64,000 bases of DNA, taken from the NCBI GenBank assembly GCA_964526785.1, contig CAZGMJ010000024.1:4731-68730 (forward strand), in the 5' to 3' direction. Every line of letters starts with the position of its first letter. The stretch's first letter is position 1. The DNA is from an uncultured Pirellulales bacterium (lineage in GTDB: Bacteria > Planctomycetota > Phycisphaerae > Sedimentisphaerales > Anaerobacaceae). This document shows positions 1 to 9,721 of the stretch, piece by piece. A program made the translations under genes and the position numbers. A model generated the notes under the pieces. The model was not told the DNA's origin, did not search any database, and was given only the letters and a program-made list of their open reading frames with translations.

Positions 1-1
1 G

Positions 2-3000
2 ACGAGCAAGTTCCTTCTCACCGGCATTACCGGCGGCATTCTGCCCGGCGGACTGGAACTCGGACAGACGTACTACTGGCGCATCGACGAGGTCGAAGCC
101 GACGGCACAAAACATGTTGGTACCATATGGAGTTTCTCCGTCCCGGCCGCGACCGCTCAGAATCCTCAGCCTGCAGACGGCGCTCAGTTCATACCGCTGG
201 ACGCGCAGCTTGAGTGGGCCCCGGGCTTCGGCGCGCTGTTCCACACCGTTCACTTCGGCGAAGACTATGACACCGTTCTTAATTCGACAAGCGGCGAGAC
301 GACTGTGGATACTTTCATCGACCCGCCCATGGCGCTGGAAAACGGCAAAACGTATTACTGGCGTGTGGACGAGACGGACCAGCAGACTGTGGTACACCCA
401 GGCGATGTGTGGAGCTTTACCACGATCCCCGAAATTCAGATTTCCGACCCCAATCTCGTTGGGTGGTGGAAGATGGACGAAGGCGCCGGCAATCTCCTCG
501 TCGACTGGTCCGGCTATGGACACCACGGATCGCTGCGAGGTGACACGCAATGGGCCGCTGGATACGATGGCGGGGCGCTGCAGTTCGACGGCGAAGGCGA
601 TTACACCAATATCGATGGATACAAGGGTATCACTGCCGTCGGCGGCACACAACCGGCGTTTACGGTGATGGCCTGGATCAATACGACCAGCAACGCCGAG
701 ATTATCACGTGGGGTAACAACGCAGGACGTGAGCGGCTGTCATTCCGCGTCGATACGGTTATTCGCGTCGAGCACGGAAGCGGCAACATTCGCGGCACGC
801 TCGGTCCCGATCTGCGGGACGGTCAGTGGCACCACGTCGCGGCCGTAATCTATGAAGGCGGCACGATCGACGATGACGGGGTCACAATGTTCGTGGACGG
901 CGTGAATGTGACGCCCGACACATCGGACCCCGACACGTTCAACCTGCAACCCACCGCCGACGTCAGCATCGGCCGTCGGGCAACCAACAACGACCGGTAC
1001 TTCAACGGATTGATCGACGACGCCAGAATCTATGACAAGGCAATGACGCAGGAAGAAGTGGTTATGGTCATGCTGCGTCCCGATCCTCTGGTAGCCTGGA
1101 ACCCGTCGCCGGCAGCAAACTCAGAGCCTCAATTCGAGCAGGTGGCAAGCCTGAGTTGGTCGGCCGGTGACAATGCCGTGCAGCACGATGTATATTTCGG
1201 CACGAGCCAGGCTGCGGTCGAGAGCGCCGATACGGCTTCGCCCGAGTACAAAGGCCGCCAGGCGGGAACAAGCCTGCCGGCAGCAGGCCTTATTGAGTTC
1301 GGCGGCGGACCCTATTACTGGCGGGTCGACGAGATCAACAACGATTCGACAATGACCACCGGAAGGACGTGGGAATTCTCGATTGCGAATTACGTATTGA
1401 TCGATGATATGGAGGACTACAATAACTTCTCCCCCGATACCATCTGGGAAGCCTGGCTCGACGGCTTTGGTAATGCGAGCAACGGTTCGCAGGTCGGCCA
1501 CGATCTCGGCCCGACCGTCGACGCCGGCGAGTTCTACGTCGAGAGAAGTAACGTCCACGGCGGAATACAGTCCATGCCGTATTATTACAATAACGGCAGC
1601 GTCGCTTCTGAGGCTACACTTACGCTCAGCGGTGCCACGCGCGACTGGACGCAGTACGACGTGAAAGCTCTGACGTTATGGTACAATGCGTTCCCCGGTA
1701 GTTTCGGCAGTTTGGTCCAAGAACCGATGGGCACGTACACGATGACCGCGGCGGGAGCCGACATCTGGGGTACGGCGGATGAATTCCACTATGCCTACAA
1801 GATGCTCAACGGACCGGGCAGCATCACTGCGAAAATCGAGTCACTGACTCAGGCCAACACCTGGACCAAGGCCGGCGTAATGATCCGCAACACGCTGGAT
1901 CCAAACTCGGCCAACGCAATGACGCTGGTAGCGTTCAACAACAACCGCGTCCGCCTGCAGTATCGCGGCGACGCGGCCGGCGCTTCGAGCGGCACGGGCG
2001 ATATTCAGAATATTGCCATTTTCCCGCGGTGGTTGAAGATCGAACGAACCTTCTCAGGCGACTTCGTTGCATCGCACGCCGATGACGTCGGAGGCAACCC
2101 CGGCACATGGGAAGACCTTGCGTCCATCAACATCTCGATGAGCCCCAATGTGTACATCGGTCTGGCGTTGACGAGCCATTCGGTGAACAACGTGACTACG
2201 GCGGTGTTCTCGAATGTCTCGACCACCGGCACCGTCACACCGGCGACATTCTCCAATCAGGATATTGGCATCCAGAGCAACGATCCCGAACAGATGTACG
2301 TCAAGATTACGGACGGTTCGGGCAACAGTGCAACGGTAGCCAATCCGGATCCAAACGCTGCGCAGGTGACGAGTTGGACGGCCTGGGGTGAATTCGGTCA
2401 GGGAATCGAGTTGAGCGAGTTTACCGCAGATAACCCGAGCATCAACCTGGCGAACATCAACACGATGACGATTGGCTTCGGCCCGCCGGCCGGAGGCAGC
2501 GGCCTGATGTTCTTCGATGACATCCGGCTGTATCCGTCGCGATGTGTTCCGGAACTGGTCAAGCCCGCGGCAGACTTCAGCAACAACTGTATCGTGGATA
2601 TGCCTGACCTCGAAATGCTCGCCGATGACTGGCTCATCGAAGGATACGACGTCACCGTCGAGGCCGTCAGCGACGCCAATCTTGAAGCGCAGTACAGCTT
2701 CGAGAACAACCTGCTCGACGGCTCGGGCAACGGCTACGGCGGCGATCCGTGCGGCGTGGTTCTCTACGCGGCGGGTCAGGCCGGCCAGGCTCTCGACCTC
2801 GATGGTTTGAGCTTTGTCAACGTCGCAGGCTATGCGGGCGTCACAGGAATGCAGCCGCGAACCTCCTCGGCGTGGATCAAGACCACAGGTCTCGGCGAAA
2901 TCGTCTCCTGGGGCGAGAACAACGTTACCGAGAAATGGATATTCCGCGTCCAGGCCGACAACGGCACGGAAGGTGCTATTCGCGTCGAGATCAACGGCGG

Positions 3001-3430
3001 CTATATAGTCGGCAATACTGACGTCCGTGACGATCAGTGGCACCATGTGGCGGCGGTTCTCGAAGAGGCCCAGACGACCACGCTCGACAATGTCAAGCTT
3101 TACGTTGACGGTGTTCAGGAGTACATCTCGGCTCTGAATAACAACGCGGTCAACACGGCTTCCACCGGCGTGGTTCGGATCGGCGAGGCACCGTGGCACG
3201 ACAGGCCGTTCACCGGCCAGATCGACGAGCTTCGAATCTACAGCCGGGCCGTTCCGCAGGCAGAGATTGCGAATCTCGCCGGCATGTCTGCCGGTACAAC
3301 GTACAGTCAACCGTTGACGTCTTTCCTCACCACGACCCAAGACACGGATATTGTGGATGACGAGAGAATTGACTTCAAGGACTACGCGGTCCTGATCGAC
3401 AGTTGGCTGGACGAACAGCTCTGGCCGTAA
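2..3430 (+). CDS. Large secreted LamG / concanavalin-A-like lectin-domain protein (5' end cut by the window edge)
   Basis: Frame 2 is open from nt 2, with no stop before the GTG at 305 used by the ORF track, so the gene enters from the left edge. Two LamG_3-type modules are visible (GALQFDGEGDY...DGQWHHVAAV...MFVDGVNV...IDDARIYDKAMTQEEV and GQALDLDG...DDQWHHVAAV...LYVDGVQ...IDELRIYSRAVPQAEI). Three YYWR[IV]DE modules lie at nt 68-94, 347-373 and 1308-1334. A central ADIWG...WTKAGVMIRN beta-sandwich-like segment is also present. Confidence 0.85.
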   Translation, partial: TSKFLLTGITGGILPGGLELGQTYYWRIDEVEADGTKHVGTIWSFSVPAATAQNPQPADGAQFIPLDAQLEWAPGFGALFHTVHFGEDYDTVLNSTSGETTVDTFIDPPMALENGKTYYWRVDETDQQTVVHPGDVWSFTTIPEIQISDPNLVGWWKMDEGAGNLLVDWSGYGHHGSLRGDTQWAAGYDGGALQFDGEGDYTNIDGYKGITAVGGTQPAFTVMAWINTTSNAEIITWGNNAGRERLSFRVDTVIRVEHGSGNIRGTLGPDLRDGQWHHVAAVIYEGGTIDDDGVTMFVDGVNVTPDTSDPDTFNLQPTADVSIGRRATNNDRYFNGLIDDARIYDKAMTQEEVVMVMLRPDPLVAWNPSPAANSEPQFEQVASLSWSAGDNAVQHDVYFGTSQAAVESADTASPEYKGRQAGTSLPAAGLIEFGGGPYYWRVDEINNDSTMTTGRTWEFSIANYVLIDDMEDYNNFSPDTIWEAWLDGFGNASNGSQVGHDLGPTVDAGEFYVERSNVHGGIQSMPYYYNNGSVASEATLTLSGATRDWTQYDVKALTLWYNAFPGSFGSLVQEPMGTYTMTAAGADIWGTADEFHYAYKMLNGPGSITAKIESLTQANTWTKAGVMIRNTLDPNSANAMTLVAFNNNRVRLQYRGDAAGASSGTGDIQNIAIFPRWLKIERTFSGDFVASHADDVGGNPGTWEDLASINISMSPNVYIGLALTSHSVNNVTTAVFSNVSTTGTVTPATFSNQDIGIQSNDPEQMYVKITDGSGNSATVANPDPNAAQVTSWTAWGEFGQGIELSEFTADNPSINLANINTMTIGFGPPAGGSGLMFFDDIRLYPSRCVPELVKPAADFSNNCIVDMPDLEMLADDWLIEGYDVTVEAVSDANLEAQYSFENNLLDGSGNGYGGDPCGVVLYAAGQAGQALDLDGLSFVNVAGYAGVTGMQPRTSSAWIKTTGLGEIVSWGENNVTEKWIFRVQADNGTEGAIRVEINGGYIVGNTDVRDDQWHHVAAVLEEAQTTTLDNVKLYVDGVQEYISALNNNAVNTASTGVVRIGEAPWHDRPFTGQIDELRIYSRAVPQAEIANLAGMSAGTTYSQPLTSFLTTTQDTDIVDDERIDFKDYAVLIDSWLDEQLWP

Positions 3431-3474
3431 AGGTAGGACGCACAGCGTATACGCTGGTGTTTCGTGGTACTTCG

Positions 3475-3512
3475 GCAGGCCCGTATCATTGCGATGCGGG
3501 CCTGCTTTTATT
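3475..3512 (+). terminator. Rho-independent terminator after the LamG gene
   Basis: Perfect 9-bp stem GCAGGCCCG (3475-3483) / CGGGCCTGC (3497-3505), 13-nt loop, followed by TTTTATT. It lies 45 nt after the stop at 3430. Confidence 0.6.
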
Positions 3513-3662
3513 ATGACCGGGCGCGATCGTCCTGCACCAATGCGCCTGCGAGCGCACTATGGTGATGTTTGCACTTCCTGGAATCGGCGGACTCTCAAGC
3601 TACGGACGTATCGGAACGATTGCTGTGGTGCAAAGTTTAAGACTGAGGCGGGGTATATTGCC

Positions 3663-4238
3663 CTACGCGCCTGTCTTCTGAAGCAGCCACGCCATGTTGC
3701 GTCCCAATGTCTTCATGGTGTCCAGTCCTTCGCCGTCGCTTTCGACATCGCCGATCTGTCTGCCGATACCGACGTTCCAGTACGACGAACCCGGAATGAC
3801 CATCTGGCTGATGAGGAAGAAATGATTGATCGAATCGAACACATGAATCGAGCCGGCCCTGCGAACCGCGACCACAGCGGCGCCGATCTTCCGCTGCAGC
3901 AGGTCGCCATTGACGCGAACGACCAGACCTGCGCGATCGATCAATGCCTTCAGCTCGGCGGTGAGATCCGCGAAGTATGTCGGTGAGGCGAGGATTATGC
4001 CGTCGGCCTCGATCATCTTCTCGATGTATTCATTTACGCGGTCATCCGTAACCACGCATCGCCTGTCTTTGTTCTTCACGCAGCCGTAGCAAGCCGTACA
4101 CCCCCGAATCCTCTGGCCGGCCAATTGAATCAGTTCGGTTTCGATCCCGGCACTCTCAAGTTCGGCCAGCGCCGCCTTGACCAGAATAGCCGTGTTGCCG
4201 TCCTTACGCGCACTGCCGTTGAAGGCTACTACTTTCAT
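3663..4238 (-). CDS. Iron-sulfur flavoprotein (Isf-like), NADPH-dependent FMN reductase / flavodoxin-like fold
   Basis: Starts MKVVAFNGSARKDGNT (FMN reductase N-terminus) and contains ILASPTYF. Compact Cys motif C-TA-C-YG-C-VKNKDRR-C. GAGGTG RBS sits 6 nt upstream of the internal ATG at 4238, which I prefer over the ORF-track start at 4271. Confidence 0.85.
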   Translation of the reverse strand: MKVVAFNGSARKDGNTAILVKAALAELESAGIETELIQLAGQRIRGCTACYGCVKNKDRRCVVTDDRVNEYIEKMIEADGIILASPTYFADLTAELKALIDRAGLVVRVNGDLLQRKIGAAVVAVRRAGSIHVFDSINHFFLISQMVIPGSSYWNVGIGRQIGDVESDGEGLDTMKTLGRNMAWLLQKTGA

Positions 4239-4352
4239 AATGCTCACCTCAGAATCCTGTTCAGCATCCATTGATTTCGCTCGAAGCAGTGGATAATACC
4301 GGATAAACAGACTACCCGCAAGTGATACAACCCTGACGGAAGAGGTAGATGA

Positions 4353-5849
4353 TCACTCCTGCTGTTGTTGGGCTTCGGCCGGAATCCGCCCCCGACTCCA
4401 CTGCTGAAGTCTTTTTAAGCGTTCCATACCTTGCGCGTAATAGGCGGCATCCAGCGAAGCAAGATGCTCGGCCCAACTGGAATCTCGCCGGGCCGCCCAG
4501 TGCTGATCGACCGAGACAAACTCCATTTGCTCCATCCGGCGGAAAAGCGCCCCTGCGATCAGTTGATGCCCGTCGATAGTCGGATGCACGTGGTCCACGA
4601 GCCAATTGTTGCCAACGATGCCTCCTTCGCTCTCCACTTCCATCATGGCTTTGATATCCACGAGCGGGACCCGATACTCATCGCACAACTCCCGGATGAT
4701 ATTGTGCATAGATTCGAGGATTCGCAGCGGGCAAACATCCAGATCTTTTGCCTGCACCAGCCACCGTTTTGCCTCATCCATGCGCCCCAGTCGGGCGTAG
4801 CACTTCCCAATCGCATACGCCAGACCCGCATGCCGATCATCTATCGCAGCCGCCTCTTCGAGTAACCGGAGCTTGCCATACGTATCCGACCACCCGACTT
4901 TTTCGGCCTTTCGCCGTAGCGTGGCAACACGTTCGACTTGCTCTTCAGGCAATCCGCTTCGTGATTGCGATTTGAAAGGCGGGCAATCCCTCACATTTGA
5001 GGCTGGATTGACGATGATCAGCGGAACTCCTGCTCGTCGGGCCAGGCCGATCATGGTTTCTAGGTTGCGGCGGAAGTGTTCAATCACGCCTTGCCTCCAC
5101 GCCGGATCGCTACTATAAGCCGCCAGACCCTGCTCAAGATCCAGCATGGTCTTGACCTCTTCACTCATGATGGTCTTCGGACCGGCCCTGTGACCGTTCG
5201 TGTGCCGCCGCTGGGAAACGTAACGATATGCCAGTGCGTAACTGCGCAGGTTCAGCAGGATATCATGCAAACGGATCAGCACGTCAGGTATCTTCCTGAT
5301 CTTCGCATACGTGCGGTCTTCCAGAAACTCGTTGTGCCCCATGTAGATAATGACCAGATCGGGCTCATGACCGAGGATTTCCCGCATGATCGGCACGAGT
5401 CTATAACTGGCATATGAAATGCCGCCGCAATTCACAATTTCGTAATCTGTCCCTGCCCCGGCAGCATTGAGACTCAATTCGAGCCATGTTGAAAACGCGG
5501 TCTCAACCGAATAGGGTCTTCCCTGAACGGTCGATCCGCCGAGGCAAAATACGCGGAAGACATTGGCCGGCTTCGCTGCCGGGAACGATTGCTGCCGAAA
5601 CGACACCAGACGTTCGGCAGCGATCTCATACCGACTGCCAGACTTGTTCTTTACGAAGAGCGGGCGCAAAGCCGAGAATGCAATGAATGGATCGTCGGTT
5701 GTCGGCTGCACGGCCGGCGCCAGCAACCTGGCTGTTATTTCCACCGCCACCAATGGAGACAGGACGACCAACAGCAGGACAGGGTAGAATACGAGTCTTC
5801 TTCGTCTGCTGTGTCCTTTGGATTCGCTTTTCTCGTCCGGTATAGACAT
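4353..5849 (-). CDS. Membrane-anchored SGNH/GDSL-like hydrolase with C-terminal TPR-like region
   Basis: N-terminal TM helix (LVFYPVLLLVVLSPLVAV). SGNH-like blocks FCLGGSTVQG and DLVIIYMGHNEF. C-terminal helical repeat (AYAIGKCYARLGRMDEAKRWLVQA). Same strand and downstream of the efflux operon. Confidence 0.65.
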   Translation of the reverse strand: MSIPDEKSESKGHSRRRRLVFYPVLLLVVLSPLVAVEITARLLAPAVQPTTDDPFIAFSALRPLFVKNKSGSRYEIAAERLVSFRQQSFPAAKPANVFRVFCLGGSTVQGRPYSVETAFSTWLELSLNAAGAGTDYEIVNCGGISYASYRLVPIMREILGHEPDLVIIYMGHNEFLEDRTYAKIRKIPDVLIRLHDILLNLRSYALAYRYVSQRRHTNGHRAGPKTIMSEEVKTMLDLEQGLAAYSSDPAWRQGVIEHFRRNLETMIGLARRAGVPLIIVNPASNVRDCPPFKSQSRSGLPEEQVERVATLRRKAEKVGWSDTYGKLRLLEEAAAIDDRHAGLAYAIGKCYARLGRMDEAKRWLVQAKDLDVCPLRILESMHNIIRELCDEYRVPLVDIKAMMEVESEGGIVGNNWLVDHVHPTIDGHQLIAGALFRRMEQMEFVSVDQHWAARRDSSWAEHLASLDAAYYAQGMERLKRLQQWSRGRIPAEAQQQQE

Positions 5850-6015
5850 CCAACAGCACCGCTGATCCTAAATGCCAAAGTACATATGTCGTACAATCCC
5901 AGGATGGTCTCCGGCACACTGGTTGTGTAACATTCGGGCGCATCCAATAGAGTTTGGGATGACGAAGACATGATAGCAGAAACACACCGAGCCTGCATCC
6001 TGCCATAGTGCGACC

Positions 6016-7317
6016 CTACTCATGCCGCAGAGCAATGATCGGATCGACTTTCGCGGCATTCATAGCGGGATAAAGGCCGAATACCACGCCGATCGTCATG
6101 CTGATAATCAGCGGTAACAACACGCCGATCAGCGTAACCACAGTGGCCATACCGGAAAAATACGTAATCAGCACAGGGATCAGGATTCCAAGACCGAGAC
6201 CGACTATCCCCCCCGTCGTAGACAGCACCACCGTTTCGATGAGGAACTGAATCACGATCTGCCCGCGCTTGGCGCCGATGGCTCTGCGAATGCCGATCTC
6301 TCGCGTCCGCTCAGTAACTGAAGCGAGCATGATGTTCATAATGCCAATTCCGCCGACAAGCAGACTAATGCCGGCAATCGATCCGAGCACGATATTGAAA
6401 CGGCGTTTCGTTGCCTCGGCCTGCTTCAACAGCGCCAGAGGCACACTCAATGCATAGTCCTGCTTCTTATGAAACTGTTCCAGCATTCGTTCGATACCGG
6501 CCGCTGTACTCTCGACATTCCGTGGATCGTCAACCTCGACCATGATCTGATGCAATTCCACCTTCTCCCGAATCCTGGAACCCGACGTCCGCTTGGTAAA
6601 TATGTCGCCGAAATAACGCTTTGCGACCTCCATGGGAATGTAGATGTCCACCTCCTGATCGGGAATCTGAATGTTGCCGGCCTGCCCGCTTTCGCTCTTG
6701 ACGATGCCGACAATCTCAAACTGATCGCCGCCGATGCGAATCGTCTGGCCGACACTGCTTTCCGCAGCAAGTATCTTGCGGGCCCCGAACTCGGTCAGTA
6801 CGGCCACGGGCGCCTTTCCCTGCTCGTCGGATGCACGCAGCACGCGACCGGCGACGAGTTCGCGCGGCACGAGGCCGAACCACTCCGGCGTTGTCCCCAC
6901 AACGCGCAGTTCCATCGCCCGCTCGCCAAGCCGCGACTCCTTGCGCATCAGCTTGACCGGCGCAGTTCGCTTGACCGTATTGAAGCTCTCAGCAATCCTG
7001 TGATGATCGTCGTACAGCAGGCCGTAGATGCTCATATGTGAACTCGACGTGCTGGCCTGCTCCTCTTCGGAGGACTTCACGGACGAGATGATGATATTGT
7101 TGCTGCCAAGTTTGCGAATCTGCTCGAGGGCCTCTTTGCTGGCCCCCTCACCCACAGACAGCATGGCCACCACACTGCCGACGCCAAATACGACGCCGAG
7201 CATCGTCAGGAAACTCCGCAGCTTGTGCAGGAGCAGGTTCTCGATTCCGAGCCAGATGTTGCGTGCAATTCGTGTCTGTTGCATCTCAGCCCACCTCGAC
7301 TCTGTCAATCTTGCCAT
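6016..7317 (-). CDS. ABC transporter permease, MacB-like periplasmic core + FtsX domain
   Basis: KLRSFLTMLGVVFGVGSVVAM N-terminal TM helix, a large periplasmic domain, and a C-terminal FtsX four-helix region containing ERTREIGIRRAIGAKR. An alternative ATG at 7284 lies 1 nt after the upstream stop and is equally plausible. Confidence 0.9.
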   Translation of the reverse strand: MARLTESRWAEMQQTRIARNIWLGIENLLLHKLRSFLTMLGVVFGVGSVVAMLSVGEGASKEALEQIRKLGSNNIIISSVKSSEEEQASTSSSHMSIYGLLYDDHHRIAESFNTVKRTAPVKLMRKESRLGERAMELRVVGTTPEWFGLVPRELVAGRVLRASDEQGKAPVAVLTEFGARKILAAESSVGQTIRIGGDQFEIVGIVKSESGQAGNIQIPDQEVDIYIPMEVAKRYFGDIFTKRTSGSRIREKVELHQIMVEVDDPRNVESTAAGIERMLEQFHKKQDYALSVPLALLKQAEATKRRFNIVLGSIAGISLLVGGIGIMNIMLASVTERTREIGIRRAIGAKRGQIVIQFLIETVVLSTTGGIVGLGLGILIPVLITYFSGMATVVTLIGVLLPLIISMTIGVVFGLYPAMNAAKVDPIIALRHE

Positions 7318-7996
7318 CCATCATGTGCAGACGATTCTGAGCATGCTCGGCGATGTTCGGCTCGTGCGTTACCATCACGATGGTCTTACCCTGTTTGTTC
7401 AACTTGTCCAGCAGGTCCATGATCTGCTCGCCCGTCGTCGAGTCCAGATTTCCAGTGGGCTCGTCCGCAAAGATGACCTGCGGATCGTTGGCCAGCGCCC
7501 GGGCTATGGCAACCCTCTGCATTTGTCCGCCGGATAGTTCCGTCGGTCTGTGGTTCAAACGATCACCAAGTTTGACCTCTTCGGCAAGTTCCTTCGCGCG
7601 TTCCGCGCTCTGGGCCGCCTCCCATCCAAGATAATACAGAGGCAACTCGATATTCCGCTGCACAGTCAGCTGAGGAATGAGATTGAAACTCTGGAAAATG
7701 AAGCCCAGATACCTGAGACGCAACTCGCTGAGTTCATCATCATCCAACCGGCTGACGTCATTGCCTTCAAGGCAGAACTGTCCGGACGTCAGGCGATCCA
7801 GGCATCCGAGTATGTTCATCATCGTACTCTTGCCCGAACCGCTCGGGCCCATAATCGCCCAGAAGCTGCCCTCCTCGAATGCGATCGTCACGCCCGCCAG
7901 GGCGTGCACTTCCTCCATACCCATCCGGTACACTTTTCGAGCATCCTCAAGTCGCACAATCTCGCGACGTTTGGTCTGAAGTGCCTGGGCGGCCAT
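7286..7996 (-). CDS. ABC transporter ATP-binding protein (MacB/LolD-type)
   Basis: Walker A GPSGSGKST, signature LSGGQMQRVAIARAL, Walker B VIFADEPTGNLD, H-loop MVTHE. Directly abuts the adaptor gene stop. Confidence 0.93.
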   Translation of the reverse strand: MAAQALQTKRREIVRLEDARKVYRMGMEEVHALAGVTIAFEEGSFWAIMGPSGSGKSTMMNILGCLDRLTSGQFCLEGNDVSRLDDDELSELRLRYLGFIFQSFNLIPQLTVQRNIELPLYYLGWEAAQSAERAKELAEEVKLGDRLNHRPTELSGGQMQRVAIARALANDPQVIFADEPTGNLDSTTGEQIMDLLDKLNKQGKTIVMVTHEPNIAEHAQNRLHMMDGKIDRVEVG

Positions 7997-9721
7997 CTAC
8001 TGGCTCCTCCCACTCGGCCGCGGTCTATTGCCTCCCTGTCCGCCTGGGGGACGTGTGCGGCTACCCCGAGGCTCACCGTTCGGCCCAGCACGTTCGGCAC
8101 CATCTGGGCCGGCCTGTGAACCGCCGGCTCCGTTCACCGCTTCAAGCCTCTTGTTGATTGTGTCCCTCAGGGAGTCGCCCTCGCCATCGGATTGATCGCT
8201 TTGTTCAATGCCCTCAACTCCGGCCGTATTGATGGCCGCGGATCGCAGAGGAGGCGTCATCATCACGACTTCACCCTCTTCAAGCCCGTTGACGACATGG
8301 ATCATCCTGTTGTTGTCCATGCCAATTTCGACCGGCCGGGCTTCAATACGGTCGTCATGCAACACATACACAGTGGGCTTGCCATCTACGCGAATCACCG
8401 ACTGAACCGGAACATAGATCACATCTTTGTACTGTGCGGCAATAATCTCCGCCTTGCAGCTCATTCCTGTTCGCAGCGAAGGATCGTCGCCTTCCAGGTG
8501 AATATCCGACTGATAGACTTTCAAGTCCGGATTCATCCACATGCTCTGCGGATCGGGCAATGGCGATATCCGCGCAACTGCACCCAGGAACTTCTTGCCG
8601 GGCAACGCGTCGACTGTGATGATCGCCGGAAGACCCAACTCTACCTTGTCCAGACTCGCCTCGTGTATATCCACCTCCGCCATTGCCGATGCCGCAGTCG
8701 GCAGATAAATCAGTTCCTGTCTCTCGAATACCTCCACGCCTTCGTCCAGTGGTTCGCGGTTGTCCCGCCAACCCCCTCGGCGCGCGGTAGTAGCGTAGAT
8801 GACCATTCCGTCGGCCGGCGCGTAGATCGTGGCCTTATCGATCTGGTCCTTGAGTTTTTCAAGCTTTGCAGTCTGGCGGTCGAATTCCGCCTTCTTCGCA
8901 TCCCGATCAGCTTTCGCCTGAACCACATCGGCCGTCTGTTTGGCACGTGCCCGCTTCAGGGCCATCTCCGCTTGGTATACGTCGCTTTCAAGCTGCTTGA
9001 TCTGGCGGTTGTAAGTATGTTTTTCGAGCATGTCCTTATCCGATTCCGCCAGTTCAAGGGCGTTCCTTGCCCTCGTGACCGCCAACCGGTCCGCCTGCGC
9101 TTCGGTCTCGGATATGTACTTCTCCTTCAACAATTTCTCCGACCAATCGTTGGTATCTTCCGCCCGCTTGAGCTCCTCCTGAGCCAACTGTATCTGGTTT
9201 CCCGCAGCCGTAAGATCATACCGAAACTGCTCCTCGTAGAGCCGCAGGTCTTCTTTCGCGAACTCCAGTGTCAGTTCCGCCACATTGACATCCGCCTCGG
9301 CCTGATTCTCAACAACTACCAGATTCTCCTTGGCATTGATGTAGGCGGCCTCGGCATTTTGCACCTTGATCTCCTGATCGATCCTGGAATCCTCCAGGCT
9401 GCTGGCGTCCAGTTCGACGAGAAGGTCGCCCTTTTTCACCCGCGTGCCCTCGGCAATCAACGAGAGAATAGACGTGCGGCCCTCCACCTCATTCTTGATG
9501 ATAATCTGCTCGCGCGACTTGATGGTGCCGGACTCGAGAACACTTATGGTCAACGGACCTTTCTTGGCCGTAAAGGTGAGCATCTCCTCAGCAGGCGCCT
9601 GCCCGCCCTGCACTACCTTCATCCAGATAATTAACAGAGCGATGACGACCACTGCAGCCGCGCCGCCGATCATCTTCATGCGTTTCTTCGAATTATCGTT
9701 TTTGTTCTTATTGTCTGACAT
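7997..9721 (-). CDS. HlyD/MacA-family periplasmic adaptor (membrane fusion protein)
   Basis: N-terminal TM helix, long coiled-coil hairpin (EAAYINAKENL...LAQEELKRAED), then beta-barrel and membrane-proximal segments. Unusual G/P/R-rich C-terminal tail of about 50 aa. The start overlaps the TolC gene end by 14 nt. Confidence 0.9.
   Translation of the reverse strand: MSDNKNKNDNSKKRMKMIGGAAAVVVIALLIIWMKVVQGGQAPAEEMLTFTAKKGPLTISVLESGTIKSREQIIIKNEVEGRTSILSLIAEGTRVKKGDLLVELDASSLEDSRIDQEIKVQNAEAAYINAKENLVVVENQAEADVNVAELTLEFAKEDLRLYEEQFRYDLTAAGNQIQLAQEELKRAEDTNDWSEKLLKEKYISETEAQADRLAVTRARNALELAESDKDMLEKHTYNRQIKQLESDVYQAEMALKRARAKQTADVVQAKADRDAKKAEFDRQTAKLEKLKDQIDKATIYAPADGMVIYATTARRGGWRDNREPLDEGVEVFERQELIYLPTAASAMAEVDIHEASLDKVELGLPAIITVDALPGKKFLGAVARISPLPDPQSMWMNPDLKVYQSDIHLEGDDPSLRTGMSCKAEIIAAQYKDVIYVPVQSVIRVDGKPTVYVLHDDRIEARPVEIGMDNNRMIHVVNGLEEGEVVMMTPPLRSAAINTAGVEGIEQSDQSDGEGDSLRDTINKRLEAVNGAGGSQAGPDGAERAGPNGEPRGSRTRPPGGQGGNRPRPSGRSQ

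Noticed and set aside
2054-3340. 428-aa minus-strand ORF, plus many 60-150-aa ORFs on both strands within 114-3021
   Set aside because: All overlap the LamG gene, which has unmistakable repeated domain motifs in frame 2.
8192-9634. 480-aa plus-strand ORF antisense to the HlyD-family adaptor gene
   Set aside because: It is the mirror frame of a gene with clear family motifs. Its translation is R/L/H/Q-rich with no recognisable domain. Long antisense ORFs are expected in high-GC DNA.
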